A DNA stretch of 32,000 nucleotides from Nitrosospira multiformis ATCC 25196 (GTDB lineage Bacteria > Pseudomonadota > Gammaproteobacteria > Burkholderiales > Nitrosomonadaceae), in assembly GCF_000196355.1 (NCBI RefSeq), contig NC_007614.1, positions 390,001-422,000 on the forward strand, in the 5' to 3' direction. Below the pieces are notes generated by a model. That model saw nothing but the letters and a program-made list of their open reading frames with translations, ran no database searches and was not told the origin of the DNA. Position numbers and translations under genes: made by a program. Numbering within the stretch: position 1 is the stretch's first letter; each line of letters starts with the position of its first letter. Below are positions 17,378 through 25,518 of this stretch, piece by piece.

Positions 17378-19432
17378 TTAAGCTCCTGCCCTCAGGCGCC
17401 AAAGCATCTGCTCCAGCTCGAGCCGGATAGACCGCGAAGCGGGTCTTTTGCCAGCCCCGATGCGCCCCATGAAAACGGCTCTGGTCGCGACTTCTTCTCC
17501 CAGAATATGACCAAGCCGTCGGGTCAGTGAGGTGGCGAGTGTAATGCATTGTTTTGTCTTCGAAAAGGGAATACTTTCACGACTATAACGTGCAAAAACC
17601 AGAGGAGTTATTTCCGGCTGCAGCTGCAGGCCAAGTTTAGTTGCTGTAAGCCAGAAGCGCTGCATAACGCGTCCTGCGCTCACGTAGTCATCGATGGATC
17701 GAGGCGCGTGAGGCGCCAGGATAACGAAATGCCCGCCACAGGCCATGGCGGGGATCAAATCCATCTGGAGACGCGGTGCCCAGGTTCCCGCCAAAAAAGT
17801 GTTAAAAAATTCGACACGATCCCAGCTTCCCATGATCCAATGCATTAACCGGGCTGTAAATGGATCAACTCCGAGTGCCTGGTCAGGTACTTTATCTGCG
17901 CTATAGCGGGAGTTCCATTGTATGATGGCGCGGTGCACCTGATAGGCTTCAGGCATAATCAGACGCAATTTTGCATTGTCGAACAGGAACCGGGCCATTT
18001 CCAGACGCCTGGAAAAACCCTCCAGCCACAAGATGTCGTACTGGGGTTTCACTGCAGCCTCTAGCGCACTCTTTTCTCTCCCGGTTAAAGGCCGCGTACT
18101 CATGGGGCGGCGTTGAACGCTGCGATAGCGTATATAAGGAATAAGCGGATCGGGCTTAAGATGCGGGTCACTCCCGAAATGGATATCGAAGGTTGGCTTC
18201 GTATCGGAACAATCGGGACGCCGCTGGATACTTGTTTTTAGGCCATGGCCCGTAGCGGCAATAGATATGGTTTCCAGCAATGCGCCGATTGAAATTTGAC
18301 TAGGACGTCCATCCAGGTCATAGACGCAGTGATCACGGGTGTCGAAACCGTGTATTGTCAGGGAATTGTCCCCGACGATCTGGAACCGCCAAGGCTGGGT
18401 ATTGTCTCCGCTCGGCGCCCACCTGGCAAGATCGAGGATTTGCTCGATTAATGTATATGACTTGAGCTCGGGTGGCCTTTTACTTTCGTCCTCACAGCCT
18501 GTCGATTCAGAGGGAATGATAGTACCCGTGGAAGAATAGGGCTCCGGATCTCCGAAGAGCTTGTTAGTATTTTTTTTGCTCAGGCGACGCCTTGCAATTG
18601 CGAGACTGAACTGCTGGAGAGGATTGCTGTTCCCGCCCGGACGCCAGGTACGGATCAGTTTATTGCGGTAGGCGTCGAAATGAACTCCATGTGGAGCGGC
18701 CAAAACCGTACCGCGATTCAGCAGGATCTTCAGAGCTTCAGTAGCTGCAATACCCGCGCAGAGTTGGCAACCCATTATCGTTGAGGGACCGCGGCGTTCC
18801 TTGAGATTGATGCTGGAGGGATCCAGCAGGTAACGGGCATGGAGACCAGTGGGCGCGAGTCCTATCAAGAAACGGAGGGCCTTTTCCACCTCGGGTAGAT
18901 CACCCCACTGAAAATACTCTTCGAAGGTCATTTTGCCAGGCAGGAAATTCAATAATGCCGATCCCATGCCTAAAGGAGCGGCCGTGATGGCGGGAATACC
19001 TCGCTCCTCACAGGCCGAAAACGTTACTGCGCGAGCTGAAAAGGCGAAAAAGTCGAGACCATCGATATACAGATCAACGTCCTCGAAAAATTCCGGCAAA
19101 TTATCCGGATTGACGCCCCGAGGAAAGATTTTGATATTCAGTTCCGGATTGATATCTCGTGCCATTGCGGCTAAAACCTCGCTCTTTGGCCGATTGAGGC
19201 TCGAGACCGTGGCGCCTACCTGGCGGTTGAAATTGACCAGATCAAAAACATCAAAATCCGCAATATGAAATGCGCCAATCCCCAGCCGAGCCAAGGTCAG
19301 CAGATGAATACCCCCTACGCCGCCCAGACCGGCAATTGCAATGCGTTTGTACCGTAGAATTTCCTGTTCGACAGGTGTTACCCACCCAATATTGCGGGAG
19401 GTGGCCTCACGATATGAGAAATCCTGAACCAT
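17378..19432 (-). CDS. ThiF/E1-like adenylyltransferase fused to a nitroreductase-family domain (Rv1355c-like architecture)
   Basis: N-terminal IAIAGLGGVGGIHLLTLARLGIGAFHIADFDVFDLVNFNRQ; later CQLCAG; C-terminal ILDLARWAPSGDNTQPWRFQI nitroreductase/FMN-binding-like motif. Confidence 0.82.
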   Translation of the reverse strand: MVQDFSYREATSRNIGWVTPVEQEILRYKRIAIAGLGGVGGIHLLTLARLGIGAFHIADFDVFDLVNFNRQVGATVSSLNRPKSEVLAAMARDINPELNIKIFPRGVNPDNLPEFFEDVDLYIDGLDFFAFSARAVTFSACEERGIPAITAAPLGMGSALLNFLPGKMTFEEYFQWGDLPEVEKALRFLIGLAPTGLHARYLLDPSSINLKERRGPSTIMGCQLCAGIAATEALKILLNRGTVLAAPHGVHFDAYRNKLIRTWRPGGNSNPLQQFSLAIARRRLSKKNTNKLFGDPEPYSSTGTIIPSESTGCEDESKRPPELKSYTLIEQILDLARWAPSGDNTQPWRFQIVGDNSLTIHGFDTRDHCVYDLDGRPSQISIGALLETISIAATGHGLKTSIQRRPDCSDTKPTFDIHFGSDPHLKPDPLIPYIRYRSVQRRPMSTRPLTGREKSALEAAVKPQYDILWLEGFSRRLEMARFLFDNAKLRLIMPEAYQVHRAIIQWNSRYSADKVPDQALGVDPFTARLMHWIMGSWDRVEFFNTFLAGTWAPRLQMDLIPAMACGGHFVILAPHAPRSIDDYVSAGRVMQRFWLTATKLGLQLQPEITPLVFARYSRESIPFSKTKQCITLATSLTRRLGHILGEEVATRAVFMGRIGAGKRPASRSIRLELEQMLWRLRAGA

Positions 19433-19598
19433 TACCCGGGCCGATCAGTAGGAATAGGGGAGCAATTTGAGGTGAGCTATATATGATGTGAATGATAGCA
19501 TCAATGCCAAATGCTTTGGCAGGGAAGACTGATGGAAAAATATCAGCTTCAAGGGCAGAAAAATTGCAGAAGTTAAAAAGCATGTACGTGAATTTCAC
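19407..19598 (-). CDS. Speculative small ORF (63 aa, GTG start) bridging the FeeM-like and ThiF-nitroreductase genes
   Basis: GTG start overlaps the upstream stop (GTGA) and its stop lies 26 bp inside the downstream gene; translation MKFTYMLFNFCNFSALEADIF...IGPGNGSGFLIS. Confidence 0.25.
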   Translation of the reverse strand: MKFTYMLFNFCNFSALEADIFPSVFPAKAFGIDAIIHIIYSSPQIAPLFLLIGPGNGSGFLIS

Positions 19599-20413
19599 GC
19601 AGAGGGTACCCAGACACCCCCGGTTTTCAGTCGCTCAGTAATGTTACCTTCATCCTCTGCGGAAAAAAAATAGGGGTAAAAAGATCTTTCGTTACCGTGT
19701 TGCTCCATCAATCCGCCGAATTTCCCAATTTGTTCGGCCATATATTCAAGTTTCACCCTAAGCAGCACCGCAGGTGCGTCAACACGGGTGCAAACTCGCT
19801 CTTCGGCAATCTGCCTGCATCCCAGCATTCTTTTATAGAAACCAGCGTGACGAGGGTTTACTTCTACCACCCAGTCAGTAAAACCATGGATATTTGCCGC
19901 ATAGATATAGCAAACATGAATCAGTGAAGCAAAAACCCGGGGAGGTACATTATCATCAATTGCAAGTCTGGAAGGTTCACACAGCCTTCGTCCCTGCGCC
20001 CGCAACTCATTCAGTTCGTCACCAAAATTCTCATCCGCGGGCAACGATGAATTGCCATCCACACACAAGGTCATGGTGCCTACTGTCTGGTTTGCGGTTT
20101 CAGCGATCAATGTAATCCTGTTAGGCTCGTTGATGACCGGCATATCAACAGAATAACCTCTCCAGGAATACCTTTTTTTTATGAGCAAGCTCGCGGCTTC
20201 ACGCTGATCTTCTGAATTAGCCATTCGAATATGAAAGCGCTGTTGATCGATAGAATGAGTGCGAACAGACTTGGAATCATGTTTCCCAATACAAATATCC
20301 TGCCACCGATAAGGAGACTCGAATGAAATTATCGCTTCGCTATCTTCACTATCATGAGGCAGAAAGTTATATCTGTGGGTAATGAGAGCATAAAATGGTT
20401 GAAAGATATGCAT
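19595..20413 (-). CDS. FeeM-like N-acyl amino acid synthase / GNAT-fold acyltransferase
   Basis: FHIRMANSEDQREAASLLIKKRYSWRGY, LRAQGRRLCEPSRLAID, ADIHGF/NPRHAGFYKRMLGC-type pattern (FTDWVVEVNPRHAGFYKRMLGCRQIAEER); start taken as ATG 20413 (MHIFQPFYAL, upstream GAGG) because the track start at 20455 lies inside the sigma-54 site. Confidence 0.78.
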   Translation of the reverse strand: MHIFQPFYALITHRYNFLPHDSEDSEAIISFESPYRWQDICIGKHDSKSVRTHSIDQQRFHIRMANSEDQREAASLLIKKRYSWRGYSVDMPVINEPNRITLIAETANQTVGTMTLCVDGNSSLPADENFGDELNELRAQGRRLCEPSRLAIDDNVPPRVFASLIHVCYIYAANIHGFTDWVVEVNPRHAGFYKRMLGCRQIAEERVCTRVDAPAVLLRVKLEYMAEQIGKFGGLMEQHGNERSFYPYFFSAEDEGNITERLKTGGVWVPSA

Positions 20414-20453
20414 GTAGTTTATCCTCGTATAGCACTGAAGGTAAAAAACAAGC

Positions 20454-20470
20454 AAGCAATATCCATGCCA
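20454..20470 (-). promoter_or_regulatory. Sigma-54 (-24/-12) promoter upstream of FeeM-like/ThiF-nitroreductase genes
   Basis: Minus strand ATGGCATGGATATTGCTT with exact GG-N10-GC spacing; flank AAAG-ATGGCAT identical to the site at 16766..16782. Confidence 0.82.
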
Positions 20471-20530
20471 TCTTTATATCGTGAGCTTTATCAGCTATCT
20501 AGCTATGTGTGTTACCGCACAGACTGGATA

Positions 20531-20552
20531 ACTGTCTCCTGTTGGAGACAGT
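20531..20552. other. Perfect 9-bp stem inverted repeat (hairpin)
   Basis: ACTGTCTCC-TGTT-GGAGACAGT, between the PrsT-like gene stop and the downstream sigma-54 promoter; no adjacent T-tract. Confidence 0.6.
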
Positions 20553-20656
20553 CCAGATGCGATATCAAGTAGCTCACTGAAATTAAAAGGATTATTGATG
20601 TCGCCGGGATGAGACAGGGGTTGGTCGATAAGCGACTGATTTTGCGTGTTTTCACA

Positions 20657-23446
20657 CTACTGTATCCGCTCAAGAAGAGCTCTGGCTTCATCTATGCCTG
20701 AAAAGGTTTTTCCAGTAGCCAGAATTTGCTCAAGCTCTTTACGCGCCTGGCTTTTATTGCCAGATTTAACCAGTGCGGATGCAAAATGGTAGCGGATTTC
20801 CCCTGCTTGAGGCGCCAAAGAAGCGGCTTTCTGTAAAAGCGGTAGAGCTCGCGCGATATTTTCCTGCTCCAGCAGTACCCAACCCAGCGTATCCAGTACT
20901 GCCGGGTTTTCCGTAGCAAGCTGGTATGCCTTTTCCGCGTATTCCAAGGCCCTGGGGTCCTTTTGACGCTGATAAGCGGTAGCCAGGTTATTAAGCGCCG
21001 GAGCAAATTTCGGTTGTTCTTTCAGGACAGTTTGATATTGCTCCACTGCAGCAGCCAGTTTTCCCTCTGTGAGAAACGTATCCGCGAGGTACATTCGAGC
21101 AGATAAATCATTCGGGTGTTTTTTCAGCCATTCGATCAAGCGAAGGTCTGCCTCCTTATCTTTTCCAGCCTGCCTGAGCGATGCGTGCAGCTTGATCAAC
21201 AAGGGCGAGGTTTTATTAACCGCGAATGCCTGTTCATAGGCGCTTGCGGCAAGCGCGGGTTTTTTCTGTTTCAGCAACAGATCGCCCTCTGCTATATAAC
21301 CTGCGGGTGACCCTTTATGCTGCTTCTGAACTTGGCGCGCCATCGCGATTGCTTTCTCATAATTACCCTGTTCTGCTTCAATGTCGATCTGCGCCAATTG
21401 CGCAGCCAGATAATCGGGTTTTATAGCCAGCGATTTTTTCAGCGCATCTGATGCGGCGGAGAGGTTCCGCATTGCCATATGAATGGAGGCGATGCGGAAT
21501 TGAACAAGCGGGGATTCCGGTTGTACGACAGCGAGCCGGGCGTAGCTCTCCAAGGCACTCGATTTGTCATTGTTAGCTAGTTGAGCCTGTGCCAGTAAAT
21601 CCAGCACAGCGGAGTCCTTGGAATGTGTCCCCTCCAGTTTCTTGGCGAGAGCCAGGGCCTTCTGCTTTTCGCCCAAACGCAGATAATGTGTTCCAAGCAG
21701 GATGGCCGGCTGAAGGACATCCGGATTTGCTTGCATTGCACGCTCCAGCCACTCGGTAGCCTTCTGGTTCTGTCCCTGGTTGACAGCAAGACCCGCCAGC
21801 GCGACCATGGCCTGGATATTCTTCTTGTCCTTTTCCAGAATTGCTTCAAAGCGTTTTCTTGCGGCATCCGGTTTTTTATCCTGAATGTCGAGTCGTGCGA
21901 GATTTGCTATAGTCGGAAAATAGTTTGGTTGAATAGCAAGCGCTTTCTCAAAGCTCGCTCTTGCATTCGCTATATCGTTCTTGCCAAGATACACGCCGCC
22001 TTTCAGGTTTTGAATGAGGGGATTATCAGGATTCTCCTTCTCCAATGCCTTTACCGCGGCGAGCGCCTTGTCGAATTCTTTGAGGCGTAAATGGGTCATG
22101 ACCAGCAACACTCCTGCCCGCGGCGATTTGGGGTCGAGTTTTGTCGCTGTTTCCAGTTCGGAGATGGCCCGGGCGTTTTCCCCCTGCCCCAACCTGCTCA
22201 TGCTTAAAGCGGTATGAAGCATCGCACTTCTCGGTGCGATATCGCTGGCCATTTCAAAGTATTCCGTGGCTTTCGCAAAATCCTTGGCTTGCATGTAAGC
22301 TTCCCCAGCCAAGGCGAATAACTGGGGATCCTCTTTCACATTTTTGAGCGGTGGGGTCAGGATGTCGATCGCGCGTTTCGTCTCGCCATTTTTTAACAGC
22401 GCGGAAGCAAGCAGCTTGCGCGCGTAGATGTTTCCGGGATCTTTCTCCAGATAATGTTTCAGGTGTTGTTCCGCCTGGGGCATGGATCCGAGAGCAAACT
22501 GGACTGCGCCCGCGAGCAACACGCTGGGCATGTGATCTGGCGACTTGCTGAGTACCTGCTGGAGCGATTCCAGCGCGGCAGCGGGCTTTTGCTGGCTGAA
22601 ATCGAGCAAAGCCTGGGTATAAAACACCATCAAGCTGGGACTGATCTTCCGTGCCGCGTCGATATCTGCCTTTGCCGCCTCGAACTTGCCCGTTCCAATT
22701 TCGATGAATGCTTTGTTGATATAGGCAATGGCTGCGTTCGGTTTCAGCTTTACCACCTGGTCATACGCCGCCAGAGCTTCCCCGGATTTGCCTTGCATCC
22801 GCAGAAGGTCGCCCCTGAACAACCAGGCCTCGACATTTTGTGGGCTCCGGGAAACCGCCTGCTCCGAGAAATGGGTTGCGCCTTCCACATCCCTTTGAAC
22901 CAGGGAATATTTCGCCAAGCCGATCAGTGCGTCGGCAGAATCGGGATTGTGTCCGAGCGCTTGCTCGAACAGTGCCTTTGCTTCCGCGGTCTTGCCCAAT
23001 CCGAGCTGTGCATTCCCCCGGAGCGTAAGTATCTGCGCCGACTTTGTTTTGTCGGCCAGTTCTTTCGTTTCATCCAGGATTTGTTGATAGGCGCCTAGCC
23101 TGAGCAGGGCTTGTCCGAGTTCAGGCAGCACCTTGCCCGCATCCATTCCCAAGCTCAACGCCTTGCGAAGCTCCTTCTCCGCGGACTGAAAATCCCCAGT
23201 CTTGTTGTATATTGCGCCAAGCAGATATCGCGCTTCCGAATTATCCGGGTTCTGCTGCAAGGCATTTTTTAGCTGGATGATGGCTGACTTGTGATCCCCG
23301 CTTTCTTCGTAGCGCTTCGCATCCGCCATCAGTTTCACCGGATCCACCGCTTTGTTACAGCCTTGCATGCTGCTCACGGTGAGGGCGGCAGCGATTGCAA
23401 GCGTCAGCCCAGTCTTTTTTAAAACAGTCTTTCTAAAAGCGCGCAT
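20657..23446 (-). CDS. prsT: PEP-CTERM/XrtA system TPR-repeat lipoprotein, PrsT-like
   Basis: Start MRAFRKTVLKKTGLTLAIAAALTVSSMQGC with lipobox-like end; many TPR repeats (ADAKRYEESGDHKSAIIQLKNALQQNPDNSEARYLLGAIYNKTGDFQSAEKELRKAL); internal ATG 23446 with AGAAGGGAA SD preferred to track start 23488. Confidence 0.85.
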   Translation of the reverse strand: MRAFRKTVLKKTGLTLAIAAALTVSSMQGCNKAVDPVKLMADAKRYEESGDHKSAIIQLKNALQQNPDNSEARYLLGAIYNKTGDFQSAEKELRKALSLGMDAGKVLPELGQALLRLGAYQQILDETKELADKTKSAQILTLRGNAQLGLGKTAEAKALFEQALGHNPDSADALIGLAKYSLVQRDVEGATHFSEQAVSRSPQNVEAWLFRGDLLRMQGKSGEALAAYDQVVKLKPNAAIAYINKAFIEIGTGKFEAAKADIDAARKISPSLMVFYTQALLDFSQQKPAAALESLQQVLSKSPDHMPSVLLAGAVQFALGSMPQAEQHLKHYLEKDPGNIYARKLLASALLKNGETKRAIDILTPPLKNVKEDPQLFALAGEAYMQAKDFAKATEYFEMASDIAPRSAMLHTALSMSRLGQGENARAISELETATKLDPKSPRAGVLLVMTHLRLKEFDKALAAVKALEKENPDNPLIQNLKGGVYLGKNDIANARASFEKALAIQPNYFPTIANLARLDIQDKKPDAARKRFEAILEKDKKNIQAMVALAGLAVNQGQNQKATEWLERAMQANPDVLQPAILLGTHYLRLGEKQKALALAKKLEGTHSKDSAVLDLLAQAQLANNDKSSALESYARLAVVQPESPLVQFRIASIHMAMRNLSAASDALKKSLAIKPDYLAAQLAQIDIEAEQGNYEKAIAMARQVQKQHKGSPAGYIAEGDLLLKQKKPALAASAYEQAFAVNKTSPLLIKLHASLRQAGKDKEADLRLIEWLKKHPNDLSARMYLADTFLTEGKLAAAVEQYQTVLKEQPKFAPALNNLATAYQRQKDPRALEYAEKAYQLATENPAVLDTLGWVLLEQENIARALPLLQKAASLAPQAGEIRYHFASALVKSGNKSQARKELEQILATGKTFSGIDEARALLERIQ

Positions 23447-23492
23447 GTAAATTCCCTTCTCCGAATCAGCGACCAGGTCCACCTTCAAACTT

Positions 23493-23509
23493 ATGCATTC
23501 CTGCAGCCG
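23493..23509 (-). promoter_or_regulatory. Weak candidate sigma-54 promoter upstream of prsT
   Basis: Minus strand CGGCTGCAGGAATGCAT keeps GG-N10-GC spacing but deviates from TGGCAC/TTGC consensus. Confidence 0.3.
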
Positions 23510-23536
23510 GCACTCAACTTTACACCTCTGCGCAAT

Positions 23537-23551
23537 CCCCGTGAAACGGGG
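23537..23551. other. Short perfect hairpin upstream of prsT
   Basis: CCCCG-TGAAA-CGGGG. Confidence 0.5.
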
Positions 23552-23950
23552 ACCATCCGGTTTTCAGGAGGACAATCGATACCGAGGCTTTCCATTGGTT
23601 TTGCCACTACTATTACGGGTTCCCCAGCCTGAATATAAAGTGCGACAGGATAAGCTCATTCGCCCCGGCTTCCTTGATATCCGCGCTCAAATGGCGAAGT
23701 TCGAGTAACTTGGCGTAGAAATATAGCAAGAGATCAAGGTATTGTGTAGAAAAGATGATCTCGTGCTTCCGGTTCGTTTGCATTGGTTATCGGTATTCGC
23801 CTGAGGCCGCGGAGCAGCGTAGCCTATAGTATTGTATTGCGAGATTCGCATGGAGGCTGTGGACTAGAAGTTTTCCTCTCAAAGCTCACAGGAGGAAACT
23901 CCTGCCTATCTTTTCGCGTTTCGAAGCTGTGAGTCGGCCAGGGCCGCAAG

Positions 23951-24733
23951 CTATCGATGTGCGCGTACCCAGTCGCGCCATTGCATGAAAAGATTCAGAT
24001 CAAGGGCAGCAATGGCTGAGCGCTGCCAGAGGGGCTCGGTCCAGAAATCATCTTCGTTCAAACCGCACATGTGACCGCCTGCTTCTTCCAGAATCAGGCT
24101 GCCTGCGGCATAGTCCCATAGTTTCTGACCGCCGTGCAGATACAGGTCAAAGCGTCCGGCAGCGGTGTAACACCATTCCAGAGCACAGGAGCCGAAGTTG
24201 CGCTGGGAAGAAAACGGCTTTGCCGTAGAGACTTCCTGGGCTAGCCTGCGGCCGAGCCGTTTCAGATCCACGCTCGCAATAGCCGCACAGAGCGGCGGTA
24301 CATCTTCCTTTATCGGCAATTTTTCCCCATTCAGGAATGCGCCCCTGCCTTTTTCGGCATAGAACATTTCATCCGCCACTGGATTGTAAACCACTCCCAG
24401 AACGCTTCTCCCCTGTCGCATCAGTGCCACAGAAACGGCAAAGTAGGACAAACCATTGACGAAATTGGAAGTTCCGTCTATCGGATCCATGCACCAAAGT
24501 CCCGCCTCGCCTTCCCGCCAGTGTGCGACCTGCTCGTTTTCCGTCATTTCTTCTCCAACCACTGGACCGGGATAGATCTTCCTCAGCTCGCGCGCGAGCG
24601 CTTCCTGTGTGGCAAGATCAGCTTCCGTGAACAGGCTTCCATCGACCTTGCGCTGGCGCGCAACTTTCATATAGCGCGGCAGAATTTCCTGCTGGGCAAC
24701 TGCTTTGACGGCAGCGATAACTGCATCAATCAC
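23951..24733 (-). CDS. Inositol monophosphatase family protein
   Basis: GEEMTENE and WCMDPIDGTSNFVNGLSYFAVSVAL, C-terminal WDYAAGSLILEEAGG. Confidence 0.92.
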   Translation of the reverse strand: MIDAVIAAVKAVAQQEILPRYMKVARQRKVDGSLFTEADLATQEALARELRKIYPGPVVGEEMTENEQVAHWREGEAGLWCMDPIDGTSNFVNGLSYFAVSVALMRQGRSVLGVVYNPVADEMFYAEKGRGAFLNGEKLPIKEDVPPLCAAIASVDLKRLGRRLAQEVSTAKPFSSQRNFGSCALEWCYTAAGRFDLYLHGGQKLWDYAAGSLILEEAGGHMCGLNEDDFWTEPLWQRSAIAALDLNLFMQWRDWVRAHR

Positions 24734-24736
24734 CGG

Positions 24737-25294
24737 CTAATCCGCTCGCCATTTGATGGAGCAGCCGATGCTGGGAATCTGGTCCTTCGGACCACCGCCG
24801 GTGCGGGCCACCTGAAGCATTCCTTCGAAAAGGTCGCGCCGCGCATCCACCGGCGCGGCTTCCTTCCGGGAAGCATCCAGGCGGCCGCGATACTGCAATT
24901 CGAGCTTGTGATTGAAGCCGAAAAAATCCGGCGTGCAGACTGCGCCATATGCCTTTGCTACTTCCTGCGTTTCATCCCAGACATAGGGAAAGGGGTAGGC
25001 ATATTCCCGGGCTACGCGCCCCATGTTTTCAAATGAGTCCTCGGGGTAGTCCGATGGATCGTTGGACATGATTGCGATAGCACCGATACCCTGCTCACGC
25101 AATTCCTTGACGTCGCGGATGATGCGTTCGCGCACGGCCTTCACATAAGGACAATGATTGCAGATGAACATCACCAGCAATCCTTTTTCACCCTTGACTG
25201 AGGCCAGATTGTAATGTTTTCCATCTACTCCCGGTAAATTGAAATCAATTGCTTTCCAGCCGAAATCACAGACTGGTGTTTCCAGGCTCGCCAT
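24737..25294 (-). CDS. Thioredoxin-like/redoxin (AhpC/TSA-like) family protein
   Basis: FNLPGVDGKHYNLASVKGEKGLLVMFICNHCPYVKAV, YGAVCTPDFFGF; 3-nt gap to the downstream phosphatase gene. Confidence 0.88.
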   Translation of the reverse strand: MASLETPVCDFGWKAIDFNLPGVDGKHYNLASVKGEKGLLVMFICNHCPYVKAVRERIIRDVKELREQGIGAIAIMSNDPSDYPEDSFENMGRVAREYAYPFPYVWDETQEVAKAYGAVCTPDFFGFNHKLELQYRGRLDASRKEAAPVDARRDLFEGMLQVARTGGGPKDQIPSIGCSIKWRAD

Positions 25295-25518
25295 ATTTTT
25301 CCCCCAGATTTCATTTCCTTATAACGAATACCAGATGTCGTTTCCTGCGCTATTCGGGCAGAAGCCGAGCAGTGTCTTTTCGCAGAAGCTTGTCGTGCGG
25401 ATATAATTGAAAGCAGCGCGGCCATCTCGACAGCGTTTGTTCAAGCAGGACTGCTGAGACCCAATACTATCATGAGAAAGGCGCATTGATCGCTCCACCG
25501 TCCGATACTGAATATGCA

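Noticed and set aside
17160-17381. 73-aa + strand ORF in the spacer before the ThiF fusion
   Set aside because: No SD, no recognisable motif, low-complexity-like composition; reported only as part of an unexplained spacer.
17378-19432. Interpretation of the ThiF protein as part of a phage-defence (CBASS/Bil-like) ubiquitin system
   Set aside because: No cyclic nucleotide synthase, ubiquitin-like, E2-Ub or JAB peptidase gene is nearby. The nitroreductase fusion and FeeM-like neighbour favour small-molecule chemistry.
23889-23904. CAGGAG-GAAA-CTCCTG hairpin after the inositol monophosphatase-family gene
   Set aside because: A 6-bp stem without a T-tract; too weak to call a terminator, although the GNRA-like loop was noted.
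24521-25036. 171-aa + strand ORF over the phosphatase/redoxin genes
   Set aside because: Antisense to two well-supported CDS and lacks any recognisable motif.
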